The notes under the pieces: generated by a model
The model's database searches: none
What the model was told of the DNA's origin: nothing
Seen by the model: the letters and a program-made list of their open reading frames with translations, nothing else
Position numbers and translations under genes: made by a program
Shown here: positions 40,110-50,943 of the stretch, piece by piece
How positions within the stretch are numbered: position 1 is the first letter of the stretch
Layout: each line of letters starts with the position of its first letter
Assembly (NCBI GenBank): GCA_046291925.1
Contig: JBKBRY010000014.1
Coordinates: 4,911-68,910, forward strand
From: Leptonema sp. (in: bacteria)
Lineage (GTDB): Bacteria; Spirochaetota; Leptospiria; Leptospirales; Leptonemataceae
Direction: 5' to 3'
Length of the DNA stretch: 64,000 nucleotides

Positions 40110-41246
40110 TTATGTATCAGATAAAGGTTTCGAGGGTTTTGGTGGACTTTTATCTTCTAAAATTTCTACTGGTGGTTTTTTGTTTTTATAGTAACGAAAT
40201 TTTATCATCACATCAAATTCATCATCAAATCTCATGCCTCTTGCATCTACTGTATCTACATGCCATTTTTCGGGAACTCTAAAATCAAAAATAGGATGTA
40301 GCTCCTTAGGAAGAACATAAGGATTCTGTGACCAATTCATTTTTACTCCATGTAAAGAAGGGATTTCTCCTTCTTTTTCGTCTGTTTTTTCTGTTTTTCC
40401 AAATGGATTGTGGAGAGGATAATTGTCATAAGGGTATTTAAGGGCAAAAATTACCTCTGCATTTTTTTTGGATTGTTGGCAATATTCAATAGATTTTAAA
40501 TATAAATCAATCCTTTTAACGAGCAATTCCGGGGACAATAACTTTGTTTTACTTACATCTTGATCAATTTCTATTGCTTTTTTTCTTGCTTCTTTGGCAT
40601 GCCCTAAAAATTCATATCCTTTTTGTGTTGCTTGCTCAATATTGTATTTATTTACTGACCAATGGAAATTTCTAGGATCGTATCTTCTAAGGTCTATGGG
40701 GATTTCTCTAGGTCTAGCAAAATCTTTTCGCGCTTTTGAATTGGGGCCAAAATCCATAGCAATGTCTACCAAAGACATATCCGTAGGTTCATTTGGATTT
40801 TTCTTTTCTATGGATTCTCTCAACATGATTTCAGATCGATTGATATATACTTGACTCAAAGATTCCAAAAGTTTGTCAAGTACGGACTGTGATTCTAAGA
40901 ATCTTGAATACGCATTCACATAGTTTTTTTCGTATAAATAAACAATGCCTTCTTGGTACAATTGCTTTGCTTTTCTATACATCAAAACATGAAAACCTGG
41001 GTTTTGGATTCGCTCATTAGGATCTGTGGGTAGACATTCAGGGAGTGGATCACAGGGAAAATTGTATGCCATTGGTTTTATCTTTCTTAAATTTTTGATT
41101 AAATGGTTTCTATGGTATACTGCTTTTTCACTTGCTGATTCAGCAAATAATAAATTGTAATTCAGGGCTTGGATGATAAAAGTTACAAGAAAAACAAACT
41201 GTAAATAGTAGAATTTCATAGTGGTATCCTTTAATTGTTTAATCAT
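40110..41246 (-). CDS. Secreted/periplasmic hypothetical protein
   Basis: N-terminal signal peptide. No recognised motif. Confidence 0.35.
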   Translation of the reverse strand: MIKQLKDTTMKFYYLQFVFLVTFIIQALNYNLLFAESASEKAVYHRNHLIKNLRKIKPMAYNFPCDPLPECLPTDPNERIQNPGFHVLMYRKAKQLYQEGIVYLYEKNYVNAYSRFLESQSVLDKLLESLSQVYINRSEIMLRESIEKKNPNEPTDMSLVDIAMDFGPNSKARKDFARPREIPIDLRRYDPRNFHWSVNKYNIEQATQKGYEFLGHAKEARKKAIEIDQDVSKTKLLSPELLVKRIDLYLKSIEYCQQSKKNAEVIFALKYPYDNYPLHNPFGKTEKTDEKEGEIPSLHGVKMNWSQNPYVLPKELHPIFDFRVPEKWHVDTVDARGMRFDDEFDVMIKFRYYKNKKPPVEILEDKSPPKPSKPLSDT

Positions 41247-41414
41247 AATATCGGAAATTCTCTACGTAAGTTTATTTTTTATATTTTTTTTTTAAATACC
41301 ATAAAGGAATTTATTATTGTTATAGATTTAGTGGCAAGAAGATATTTTTCTATTGCCTTTAGAAAAAAAAGAATTATCTTTACATTAAAATTGGTATTAC
41401 GGAAAGGATAGGAT

Positions 41415-42374
41415 ATGGCAAGAATCCATAATGTAGATTTTATGCAAAAGATAAATAAAAATAAAAATCATTTTCCTATTAAAGATAAAGAAGGATTGTC
41501 TGATTTCCAAAAGCTTCCTGATCATTCGGGTATTGATATACCAGAAGTAGGTATCACAAATTATCGAATCCCTATTCTTTTTCCCCATAGTGAATTGCAA
41601 GAGAATTTTGTTTTAAGCCATGATGCTATAGTTTCTATGAGAGTGAATTTAAAATCAGGAAAGACAGGAATCAATATGAGTCGTTTATGCTCTATTTTAC
41701 AAGAGGAATCCTTAAAAAATGTATTTTCGCATTCTTTAATTTTAAAAATTCTAAAAAGGTTTCAGTTAGAGATGAGAGACGAAGATTCAGAAGAGATTTA
41801 TGAGTCTGCTTATATAAATATTCAGTTTTTATACCCTATGAAGCAGCCTTCCTTAAAAAGCAATTTGTGGGGTTGGCAATACTATCCCGTTTTATTCGAA
41901 GGAAGATTATTCAAAGATAATTTTAGAATTTTCTATACATTAGAATATGAATATTCTTCTACTTGTCCTTGTAGCCTTTCTCTTGCACATCAATACGAAT
42001 ATGAGTATGCTCAGGGACTGACGAATGAAGGAGTTGGAATCGCTACAGCTCATGCCCAGAGATCCAAAGCTAAAGTAAAAGTTCAAATTTTCCCAGAAAA
42101 AAATTTTTTTATTCCAGAATTCGTAAATTTGTTAAGAAAAGCAATTCCTACAGAAACTCAAAGTATGGTTAAAAGAGTTGATGAGCAAGCCTTTGCCATT
42201 TTGAATGGCATGTATCCTGCTTTCGTGGAACATATTGCGAGAAATTTATATAGATCACTGAATGCTAATGAAACCATTTTAGATTGGATGGCAGAGATTG
42301 AACATTATGAATCCCTACATAGCCACAATGCATATGCAAAAATTTACAAAGGTATCCAAGATGGCTTAAGGTAG
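41415..42374 (+). CDS. folE2: GTP cyclohydrolase FolE2 (GTP cyclohydrolase IB)
   Basis: Matches FolE2 hallmarks: EVGITNYRIPI, GINMSR, the TCPCS metal site, and C-terminal ESLHSHNAYAKI (compare B. subtilis ESIHQHDAFAKL). Confidence 0.8.
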   Translation: MARIHNVDFMQKINKNKNHFPIKDKEGLSDFQKLPDHSGIDIPEVGITNYRIPILFPHSELQENFVLSHDAIVSMRVNLKSGKTGINMSRLCSILQEESLKNVFSHSLILKILKRFQLEMRDEDSEEIYESAYINIQFLYPMKQPSLKSNLWGWQYYPVLFEGRLFKDNFRIFYTLEYEYSSTCPCSLSLAHQYEYEYAQGLTNEGVGIATAHAQRSKAKVKVQIFPEKNFFIPEFVNLLRKAIPTETQSMVKRVDEQAFAILNGMYPAFVEHIARNLYRSLNANETILDWMAEIEHYESLHSHNAYAKIYKGIQDGLR

Positions 42375-42463
42375 ATTTACTTTTTATCTGAAAAAGCTTA
42401 TATGATTTAAAACAAATTTGATTTTTATTTGACTTAGATTGCTTGTGTTTAAAGCTAGAATTT

Positions 42464-43012
42464 ATGAGAGTCTTAGTTCCTTTAGCAGATGGTTTCGAAG
42501 AAATGGAAGGTATCATAATTATTGATGTATTAAGGCGAGCTGGTTTAGAGGTAGTAGTTGCTGGAGTGGATAAAAAAGAAATCGTTGCTTCCAGAAAAAC
42601 TAAGCATATAGCAGATTATTTATTAGACGAAGTTAAAGATTGGGAATTCGATGCCATTGTACTTCCCGGTGGTTCAGAAGGTGCGAATCGTTTGGCAATT
42701 AACAAGATTATTAAAGAAATTTTAGAAAAATTGAATCAACAAAATAAATTAATTGGTGCTATTTGTGCAGCTCCTAATGTTCTTTTAAAACATAACATTC
42801 TTACAGAAGAAAATACTTTTACATTGCATCCGAATACATTACCAAAGGAGCATAAAGCAAAGTACGTGGATGAAAGGGTTGTTCGTTCCCAGAATCTCTT
42901 TACAAGTAAAGGACCTGGTACAGCTTTTGAATTTGCTTTAGCTATTGTAGAAGAATTGTGTGGTATAGAGACAAGAAAAAAAGTAGAAGAACCAATGTTT
43001 GTTAAGTTATAA
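42464..43012 (+). CDS. DJ-1/PfpI family protein
   Basis: Nucleophile elbow AICAAP and a DJ-1 fold of about 180 aa. Start at MRVLVPLADGFEE. Confidence 0.75.
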   Translation: MRVLVPLADGFEEMEGIIIIDVLRRAGLEVVVAGVDKKEIVASRKTKHIADYLLDEVKDWEFDAIVLPGGSEGANRLAINKIIKEILEKLNQQNKLIGAICAAPNVLLKHNILTEENTFTLHPNTLPKEHKAKYVDERVVRSQNLFTSKGPGTAFEFALAIVEELCGIETRKKVEEPMFVKL

Positions 43013-43090
43013 AAAGGATTCAATTTCTATCTTTAACCTAATTCTTGAAAACAATTTTACAAAAGAAAGAAATAGACGATCATTGTTTTT

Positions 43091-44167
43091 ATGAACAAAT
43101 CAATATATTTAGTCTTGATTTTATTATTAAAAATGACAACGATGTCTTGCTTAATTACTCCACCCAAATTAAGAGGCGAAATGCATCATCCTATAACTAA
43201 AGATGGTTGGAAGATCACAATAGAAAGATTTTCTCCAAAAGAAAGTCAACTAAAAAGAAAATATCCTGTTGTGCTTTGTCATGGTTTGATGGCAAATCGA
43301 TTTTATTTTACCATAAACGAAGAAGAATCACTTGCTTATCAATTGTTCAATGAAGGTTATGATGTTTGGGTCGTTGATTTAAGGGGTAGAGATACTGCAG
43401 GTTTGCCTTCTTGGTTTTTTGGAGAAAAAAAATATACCTATTCTATTGATGATTATATTCATTACGATATGGACACCATTTTGGAATATGTTTTAAAAAA
43501 AACAAATTCAGAGAAAGTAAATTGGATAGGGCATTCTATGGGTGGGATGATTGCTTATGCAAGATTAGGAAGTTACAAAGAAACTCGAATAGCAAATCTT
43601 GTTACCGTTGGTTCCCCTTTTAGTTTTGAATTACCTACAACTTCTCTTGAACTATGGCATAAAACTGGATCTTGTGTGATTACTTTTTTGCCTGTTATCC
43701 CCATGGGTACTATTTCTAAAATCAATAGTTATTCTTGTATTGATCTAACTCCTAAACCTGGATTATTAGAAATTTTATTATATCCTGATAATACTGATGA
43801 TAAAATAATTCGTTCTTCTCAGAGGTATATGATTACGAATATAGCAAAATCAGAAGCATTACAGCTAAAAACAGGAATAGAAACAGGTGATTTTTACTCT
43901 TTGGATGGGAAAATCAATTATACGGAAAATTTAAAAAACATTCAAATTCCGACTCTATTGGTTTTGGGTAGAAGAGATCATTTGGGTTTTGGTTACACAA
44001 TAAGAAATGTGTACGAAAGAATTTCTACATATGATAAAAAAATCCTAATCATAGAAAAAATACAAGGAGCGGAAGAAGACTATGGTCATGCTGATTTATT
44101 AATGGGAAGAAATGCAAAAAAAGATGTTATTTTTCCTATACTTCAATGGTTAAATGAAAGAAATTAG
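43091..44167 (+). CDS. Alpha/beta hydrolase (lipase/esterase-like) with signal peptide
   Basis: GHSMGG nucleophile elbow, HGL oxyanion region, and C-terminal His. Confidence 0.6.
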   Translation: MNKSIYLVLILLLKMTTMSCLITPPKLRGEMHHPITKDGWKITIERFSPKESQLKRKYPVVLCHGLMANRFYFTINEEESLAYQLFNEGYDVWVVDLRGRDTAGLPSWFFGEKKYTYSIDDYIHYDMDTILEYVLKKTNSEKVNWIGHSMGGMIAYARLGSYKETRIANLVTVGSPFSFELPTTSLELWHKTGSCVITFLPVIPMGTISKINSYSCIDLTPKPGLLEILLYPDNTDDKIIRSSQRYMITNIAKSEALQLKTGIETGDFYSLDGKINYTENLKNIQIPTLLVLGRRDHLGFGYTIRNVYERISTYDKKILIIEKIQGAEEDYGHADLLMGRNAKKDVIFPILQWLNERN

Positions 44168-44176
44168 GAGAAGTCT

Positions 44177-45064
44177 ATGAACAAGAAGTATAATTTTCTT
44201 TTGTTTTTTTTCTGGGCTTTTTTTAACTGCAAAACAGTAATATTTTACGAAAAACAAGAGTTGGATTCTCTAAGTATTGATTTATATAAAACCAATTCAA
44301 ACAGTAAAATTTTAATGATTCATTTAGATCCTTTAACCTTCGATAAGAAAGTTTTTTTATCTCATTGGAATCCGTATTGGTTACGAAAAGGAATGGAAAT
44401 GCTTTATGTCAACTTACCTACAAAAAAGCTTTTAGAACCAAAAGAAGTTCAAATCATTATAAAAAAAATAAAAGAAAACTATCTTATCCAGGATAAAAAG
44501 GTGATTTTAGTTGGAATTTCCTTAGGTGGGATTCCTATTTTAGACCTATTGAATTCATCCGAACCTTTAGAATCGAAAACTGTAGATAAAATTTTACTCA
44601 TAGGAACAGGATTTGATTATTCCTATTCAGGAAATTTTTTCAAAGAAAATCCCGAAGTACTTAACAAAAAGATTAAAGAAATCCATAGTAAAACACTTTT
44701 AAAATATAAAGAATATCTTTTAAATCAGTATGATCCCTATATCGTCAATGAGTTCTTTCTTCCGCAAATTTCATTAGAAAAAAAAGAAATCAAGTATATA
44801 ACGAAGAGAAATCTTCCTCTTTTGGTTGTTGCAGGGAAAATTGATAGTTTTTCTCCTGAAGATACTTTATACAATTTAATCAAGTATTATAGTAAAGATA
44901 CCAATCCTTCTTGTAAAATAGTTACCAAATTAAATCCCTGCTATTACATAGAAGTAAGTAGAGCCAATTTTTTTGATAGAGATTATAACCATTTTGATTT
45001 ATTTCTATACAAGAATGTAGAAAATGATTTATATGGAGAAATTTTGGATTGGATTTATTTATAA
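44177..45064 (+). CDS. Alpha/beta hydrolase-fold-like protein
   Basis: GISLGG elbow and a hydrophobic N-terminus. Confidence 0.4.
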   Translation: MNKKYNFLLFFFWAFFNCKTVIFYEKQELDSLSIDLYKTNSNSKILMIHLDPLTFDKKVFLSHWNPYWLRKGMEMLYVNLPTKKLLEPKEVQIIIKKIKENYLIQDKKVILVGISLGGIPILDLLNSSEPLESKTVDKILLIGTGFDYSYSGNFFKENPEVLNKKIKEIHSKTLLKYKEYLLNQYDPYIVNEFFLPQISLEKKEIKYITKRNLPLLVVAGKIDSFSPEDTLYNLIKYYSKDTNPSCKIVTKLNPCYYIEVSRANFFDRDYNHFDLFLYKNVENDLYGEILDWIYL

Positions 45065-45182
45065 TTTAGAATTTTTCAAAATTTAGTACTGTGTTTAAAT
45101 TGATTTGACATGGAAAAGTATTTTTTTTTTGTAATCCTTGTACTAGGAATTACCAAAAAGTTATTGAAAAAAGGCAAAATAT

Positions 45183-45401
45183 ATGAGCGAAAAAAACAAT
45201 ATACAAGACTACGTATTAAATAAAGCGAAAGAGCAATCCGGAGAGTTGACTTTTTATTTAATGAATGGGGTGCCACTAAAGGGAAAAGTAATTAGCTTTG
45301 ATAATTTTACCATTGTAATTGAATCAGAAAATAAAAAAAGTTTATTATATAAACATGCCATTTCCACAATAGTCATCCCTGCTTCTGTTACGATAGAGTA
45401 G
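45183..45401 (+). CDS. hfq: RNA chaperone Hfq
   Basis: Sm1/Sm2 motifs: [40 protein letters not shown]...[10 protein letters not shown]. Confidence 0.85.
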   Translation: MSEKNNIQDYVLNKAKEQSGELTFYLMNGVPLKGKVISFDNFTIVIESENKKSLLYKHAISTIVIPASVTIE

Positions 45402-45406
45402 AATGA

Positions 45407-46375
45407 ATGCGGTTTCTGAATGTGAACAAAGTATATGTTGTTCTACTTTTGATTTTGTTAAGTTACATTTTTTATAAAAGCTTTGTAAAGACAGGTTATC
45501 ATCAAGTAATTTTAATAGAAGATAGAGATTGGGGAGTTGAAAGGAAAATCATACCACCCGATAGTTATGCTTTTGTTTTTAGAAATTTAATTCCTAATAA
45601 AATTCATCTCCATTCTGTTGTATACAAATCTCAACATTTGAATTTTCTTTATGTTTATCCTCTTTCAGCAAATCAAATTCTTGGGTTGGACGATTCCTTT
45701 TCGATAAAATTGGATTTGGTTTATTTTTATGATCTAGATATATATAAAATTCCAGAATTGTTTATCAAATTACCAAACCGAAATTGGAAAGATTTGAATT
45801 CATATTTGGAGATCAAATTAAGAGATTTGCTGTACCAAATTTTTAAAGAAAAGTTAGCAATAGAAGAGAATCTGGAAAAAGGGGAAGAAATATTAAAAGA
45901 TTTTATTCATAATGGTTTTTTACAAGATATAAATAAAGTTTTCCAAAGTGATGGTATCCAATTTGTAAATGTTTATATTCAAGAGATTTATGTTCCGAAT
46001 GTGGAACAGTACCGATTGGTATTGCAACAAAGGCAAAAATTTATTGAAAAGAAAATGGAAATTTCAGCAAAGATAGACGAAGCAAAAGCCCAAAAAGAAT
46101 CTAATTTAATTTTGTTTGACTACGAAAAAAAAAGACTAGAAGAGATAGCAAACCTACTTCGCAAATATCCCGAACTAAAAGATTATTTAAAGATAGAAAA
46201 AATGTCAACTCAAGCAAAATTTATTTATATGCCTACAGAATCCTTTTGGTCTAATTTAAATCCTTCTAAATTTTCTTTGACAGAAAATTTGGAAAATCAA
46301 ACAAAAGAAAATTCTCCAAAAAAAATCCTAAATTTAGAAAATCAAAAAGCATTTGTTGATAAAACCCCACCTTAA
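45407..46375 (+). CDS. Membrane-anchored SPFH/band-7-like protein (HflK/HflC-analogous position)
   Basis: N-terminal TM anchor. Central beta-rich domain followed by a long helical/coiled C-terminus. Positioned 6 nt downstream of hfq. Confidence 0.35.
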   Translation: MRFLNVNKVYVVLLLILLSYIFYKSFVKTGYHQVILIEDRDWGVERKIIPPDSYAFVFRNLIPNKIHLHSVVYKSQHLNFLYVYPLSANQILGLDDSFSIKLDLVYFYDLDIYKIPELFIKLPNRNWKDLNSYLEIKLRDLLYQIFKEKLAIEENLEKGEEILKDFIHNGFLQDINKVFQSDGIQFVNVYIQEIYVPNVEQYRLVLQQRQKFIEKKMEISAKIDEAKAQKESNLILFDYEKKRLEEIANLLRKYPELKDYLKIEKMSTQAKFIYMPTESFWSNLNPSKFSLTENLENQTKENSPKKILNLENQKAFVDKTPP

Positions 46376-46384
46376 GGAAGCTTT

Positions 46385-47470
46385 ATGAAAAAAAATCAAT
46401 CCAATAGAGTTGTTTTGATCATGGCTGGAGGTAAGGGAGAGCGTTTTTGGCCTAAATCTACGGAAAATAAACCAAAACAATTGCAAAAAATTTATTCATC
46501 AAAAACTTTATTAGAAGAAACTTACGAAAGAGCAAAATTGATTACTGATTCAAAAAAAATTTATATTGGATGTAACGAAGCTTTAAAAAAACAAATTCTG
46601 AAATTTACCAAAATTCACAAAGATCAATTTATTGTGGAACCTATTGGAAGAAATACTGCTCCTATCATTGCACTGGCTACTTTAGTACTAGAAGAAAAGT
46701 ATCCCAATGCGGTTTATGTGGTTCTAAGTGCTGATCATTATATTTCTCCTATAGATGAATTTAAAAAGACTATAGAAACAGCAATTCAAGTTGCAGAAAA
46801 AGATTATTTAGTCACTTGTGGGGTAGTTCCTTCTCGTCCCGAAATTGGGTATGGATACATTCAAAAAGGTCAAAGAATCGAAGATCATGTATACGAAGTG
46901 ACTCAATTTCACGAAAAACCAGAATTGCCTAAAGCTTTAGAATATTTAAAAAAAGGATTTTATTGGAATTCAGGAATTTTTATTTGGACTGGATCCGCCA
47001 TAAGAAATGAATTTGAAAAGAATGCTAAAGAGATTTGGGATCCAATAAAAGATAATTTTAAAAATCCCACCCAATTGAAAAAAGTTTTTCCAACGATTCC
47101 GGATAAACCTATAGATATTGCTATAATGGAAAAAGCTAATAAAATAGCAGTTGTTGAATCTACCTTTGTTTGGGACGATGTAGGAACTTGGCTTTCTTTG
47201 GAACGAATTTATAATTCTCAAAAGCAATTTCAAGACGAAAAACAAAATATTACAATACTTTCCAAAAAAGCTGATTTCTATTCTTATGAGTCTTTTAATA
47301 ATATAATAGTGGGAGAATCAGAAAAACTTTTTTCTTTATTGGGGGTGGAAAACTGTATCTTAGTGGAAACAAAAGATGTGATCTTTCTTGCTAAAAAAGA
47401 TAAAATTGATTCTATCAAAAATATGCTAAAAGAAATTAAGAACTATCCTCATTTATTAAAGTATTTATAG
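46385..47470 (+). CDS. manC: Mannose-1-phosphate guanylyltransferase
   Basis: VLIMAGGKGERFWP nucleotidyltransferase motif and the GMP family left-handed beta-helix C-terminus. Confidence 0.75.
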   Translation: MKKNQSNRVVLIMAGGKGERFWPKSTENKPKQLQKIYSSKTLLEETYERAKLITDSKKIYIGCNEALKKQILKFTKIHKDQFIVEPIGRNTAPIIALATLVLEEKYPNAVYVVLSADHYISPIDEFKKTIETAIQVAEKDYLVTCGVVPSRPEIGYGYIQKGQRIEDHVYEVTQFHEKPELPKALEYLKKGFYWNSGIFIWTGSAIRNEFEKNAKEIWDPIKDNFKNPTQLKKVFPTIPDKPIDIAIMEKANKIAVVESTFVWDDVGTWLSLERIYNSQKQFQDEKQNITILSKKADFYSYESFNNIIVGESEKLFSLLGVENCILVETKDVIFLAKKDKIDSIKNMLKEIKNYPHLLKYL

Positions 47471-47484
47471 TTTTTTTAAACAAC

Positions 47485-48477
47485 TCATTGGTTTAATTTT
47501 ATAAGTTTTTCTAATCTCTCTTTTTGTTCTATCAATTCCTTTTTTGGATATTTATTAAAAAAATCTTTATTAGAAGAATTCAGGATTTCTTCTATTATGT
47601 TTTTTGCCCTCCCTAAATCTTGAATTTGTTCTAAAAGTTGTGCATAAATCAACTTGATTTCTAATTGATCTCTTTCTTTCATTTCTTTATTTTGAATTCT
47701 TTCTATTGTATGGATAGCTTCTCTAAATCTTTTCTCTTTAATAAGTTTTTTTATCTTAAAAATAAGAAAAAAATTTTGATTTTCGAATTTTTTTTCCGCG
47801 TAAGTATAGTATAAATTAGCTTTAGGTATTTGTTTTTTTTCTATTAAAATTTCAATAAGTTCAGTATAATATTCCATTTGATCAGGTTCTAGTTGGATGG
47901 ATTTTCTAAAATGAAATTCCCCTTGAATTTCGTCGTTATTTAGATAATAATTTTTCCCCAAAAAATAATGTACCCTTGGATAATTGGGGAAATAATATAA
48001 AATTTTCTTAAAATAAAAAATACTTTTGGCATATTCTTTGTTCAATAAATATAGTTTTCCTAAGTTGTATAGAAAGGCAAAAAATAAAGGATCTTCCGCA
48101 TATCCTTTTTCGAAGCCTTCGATTGCATCTGTTATGTTTTGCATTTCTAAGAAGTTTTTAACAAGAAAGTTATTGAACTCACCCATTTCTTCGAATTCCT
48201 GATCTCGGTATTTGAATTTCAATTGAGTTTTGGATAATTTTGTAGTTTTTGGATTCTTTTTGCAAAGTATAAAATCAGAATCCTCTAAATAGAAGATATA
48301 AGTTGTTTTGGGAAAAGAAGACAAGGATTCGTTTTCTTTTACTAAAATTTCTGGATAGTCAGAAAAAATTTGTTTTAGTTTTTCTTCGTAGATTTGGTTT
48401 AAAGTTTTTTCTAAATCGAAGGGATTTATCGGATTCGTTAAAAGAAAAAGAATCAGAATCGAATATAGGAACTTCAT
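47485..48477 (-). CDS. TPR-repeat protein with signal peptide
   Basis: Multiple 34-residue repeats with the W-LG-Y / A-F-A-P pattern. Confidence 0.5.
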   Translation of the reverse strand: MKFLYSILILFLLTNPINPFDLEKTLNQIYEEKLKQIFSDYPEILVKENESLSSFPKTTYIFYLEDSDFILCKKNPKTTKLSKTQLKFKYRDQEFEEMGEFNNFLVKNFLEMQNITDAIEGFEKGYAEDPLFFAFLYNLGKLYLLNKEYAKSIFYFKKILYYFPNYPRVHYFLGKNYYLNNDEIQGEFHFRKSIQLEPDQMEYYTELIEILIEKKQIPKANLYYTYAEKKFENQNFFLIFKIKKLIKEKRFREAIHTIERIQNKEMKERDQLEIKLIYAQLLEQIQDLGRAKNIIEEILNSSNKDFFNKYPKKELIEQKERLEKLIKLNQ

Positions 48478-48543
48478 AAACGGAATTCTTGTATATCAGC
48501 ATTTTAGAATTGATTTTTAAGTCAATCTAGTAATTTTGAATGT

Positions 48544-49755
48544 ATGGAAATTTTAGAATATAAAAACGAAAATAATAGTCCTTTAAAAGGGATACGAGTT
48601 CTAGATTTTAGTATGCTACTTCCTGGTCCTCTTTGTACACTTTATTTGGGGGATCTGGGTGCGGAAGTCCTTAAAGTTGAGCATCCTGTTGCATATGATG
48701 GTACAAGGAAAATCGATAGTTCCTTTTCGAATAAGCAACAAAGTTTTCATTATTATTTATTGAATAGAAACAAAAAATCTTTGTCAGTAAATTTTAAAAA
48801 AAAAGAAGGAGTAGAGGTTTTAAAAAAGCTAATTCCCCATATAGATATAGTAGTGGAAGGTTTTCGTCCAAATATGATGAAAGAATTAGGTTTAGGTTAC
48901 GAAGAACTTAGCAAAATCAATCCTCAAATTATATATGCTTCCATTTCGGGATATGGACTGAACAGTGATTACCAAGATTTCGCAGGTCATGATGCTAATT
49001 ATTTAGCATTATCTGGAATTCTAGATCTAATAGGAGATTCCAAGCCAATACTTCCTGCTGTACAAATTGCAGATATTTTAGGTGGAACCATGGTAGCTTT
49101 ATCATCTATTTTGGCTGCTTTATATTATAGAGAGAAAACAGGTAAAGGACAGCATTTGGATATTAGCATTATGGATGGAGCATTTTCACTAGCAATTTTG
49201 CCCCTTGCAGATTTAATTTCTTCTAAGAAAGAGATTGAGCGTAATCAAACTTATTTAAGTGGAAAATTGCCTAATTATAATGTATATCAATGTAAAGAAG
49301 GCAGATATGTAGTACTTGCAGCATTAGAAGGGCAGTTTTTTAGTGTTTTTTTAAAGCAAATTCAAAGAGAAGATTTATTGCAAAAAGCATTAAAAGGAAA
49401 CTATGAAGAAGTAAAAAATGAGTTAGCAAATTTTTTTAAAGATAAGACTTATCAAGATCTAGAACCTCTATTTAACAATCCGAATGTTTGTCTTTCTCCT
49501 GTCTTAACACTACAAGAGGCTTTCGAAAGACTTCATTTTTTAAAAAGAGGAACTGTAATTCAGATCAATGATAAGGAATTGGGAATTTTAAAAGTACCCG
49601 GAAGCCCTTTTTCTTTTTCTGAATCTTCCGTTAGCTATCGATTGCCTCCCCCAAAATTGGGTGAGCACACAAAAGAAATTTTGCAAAAATATTGTCAAGA
49701 AAAGGAAATTTTAGAATTGGAATCTAAAAAAATTATTTATATACATAAACTATAA
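48544..49755 (+). CDS. CoA-transferase family III (CaiB/BaiF; alpha-methylacyl-CoA racemase-like)
   Basis: GIRVLDFS...PGPLCT N-terminus and a catalytic Asp region typical of family III CoA transferases. Confidence 0.8.
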   Translation: MEILEYKNENNSPLKGIRVLDFSMLLPGPLCTLYLGDLGAEVLKVEHPVAYDGTRKIDSSFSNKQQSFHYYLLNRNKKSLSVNFKKKEGVEVLKKLIPHIDIVVEGFRPNMMKELGLGYEELSKINPQIIYASISGYGLNSDYQDFAGHDANYLALSGILDLIGDSKPILPAVQIADILGGTMVALSSILAALYYREKTGKGQHLDISIMDGAFSLAILPLADLISSKKEIERNQTYLSGKLPNYNVYQCKEGRYVVLAALEGQFFSVFLKQIQREDLLQKALKGNYEEVKNELANFFKDKTYQDLEPLFNNPNVCLSPVLTLQEAFERLHFLKRGTVIQINDKELGILKVPGSPFSFSESSVSYRLPPPKLGEHTKEILQKYCQEKEILELESKKIIYIHKL

Positions 49756-49830
49756 GGATTCTATAAGAATTTAGAAATGGTACATAGAATTCGTTTGACG
49801 AAAACTATAATATAAAGAAAAATTGATTTA

Positions 49831-50943
49831 ATGAAAAATCATTTCTATTTAATATTTTTATTAAGTTTGAATTGCCTTGCTTTTGGAGTTCAAGATTTAG
49901 AAGAGAATGTAATTTTTTCTTTAGAATTACAAAAAGAAAATGAAGTACAACTAGACAAATTTATCCTTCCCATTTCTATTCAAGATAATGTAATTTATTC
50001 TTTGCCTCAAGAACCAGTACTTTTTAAAAATGAACTATTGCTTCCCATACCAGAAAAAAATTTTTATGTATATTTTAGAAAACCCAAACAACCTGAATTT
50101 CTTCTTACTCCTAAAAATACAAAAGACGAAATACAAAAAAAAAATTTAAAAATACCTTTGGTTTTATTACCTACAGGCATAATAGGGAAAGCTTGTATAA
50201 CTGAAGAATATTTAGTATTCCAGATTTTTCAACAAAAAGATACATCCAAACTTTTAGAGCCAGAAGAGCCTGAAAATAGACTTCCTGCAATTTTATATCC
50301 AGAAACCAAAGAAGAGAATCCTTCTAAAGTTTATTTGATAAAAAAAACTGATTTAAAAATGGGCGAAAATGCATTCTTATTGCTAACTAAGAACGATCCT
50401 TATAAAATTAATAAATTGTTATGTGCAGAGAATCAAATCTTTTTGTTTAATAGAATATCAGGCAATAACCAACAAGTAGAAGTGTATGATTATAATCAGA
50501 ACGTTACAAAATTTGAGATTAGTACAGATTTTCTAAACAACCAAAAAGACAGAGTAATGATAGAGAATGTGGAACCCTTAATGAAAGGGGATCAAGTTTC
50601 TTTTCTTGTAGAAGTTGTTTTTAGGAATACTGGGAATTTTAAAATACTTAATAAAAATTATTATGAATACTATAAGGATAACTACCAAAATGTGATAACA
50701 AACTCTGATGCCAATTTTTCTTTGATCGGTGTTACAGATGCAGGAATTATTTATTTAGGAACCAATGAGGGAGATAAATTAATCATTCGTATCTATGATT
50801 CAGATTATAAATATTTAAAGAAAGTAAGGATCCACTTTAATTTTGTAGACTTTTTTTGGAAAGAATTTTTTATAAATAGAGAAGGCAGATTTTTTAGCAC
50901 AAAAATAGAAGAAAGCATATATAAGATTGTGGAATGGAAGTAA
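49831..50943 (+). CDS. Putative lipoprotein, unknown function
   Basis: Signal peptide with an LSLNC lipobox. Confidence 0.35.
   Translation: MKNHFYLIFLLSLNCLAFGVQDLEENVIFSLELQKENEVQLDKFILPISIQDNVIYSLPQEPVLFKNELLLPIPEKNFYVYFRKPKQPEFLLTPKNTKDEIQKKNLKIPLVLLPTGIIGKACITEEYLVFQIFQQKDTSKLLEPEEPENRLPAILYPETKEENPSKVYLIKKTDLKMGENAFLLLTKNDPYKINKLLCAENQIFLFNRISGNNQQVEVYDYNQNVTKFEISTDFLNNQKDRVMIENVEPLMKGDQVSFLVEVVFRNTGNFKILNKNYYEYYKDNYQNVITNSDANFSLIGVTDAGIIYLGTNEGDKLIIRIYDSDYKYLKKVRIHFNFVDFFWKEFFINREGRFFSTKIEESIYKIVEWK

Noticed and set aside
45076-45276. Minus-strand 66-aa ORF overlapping hfq start
   Set aside because: It overlaps the well-conserved hfq CDS and promoter and has no features.
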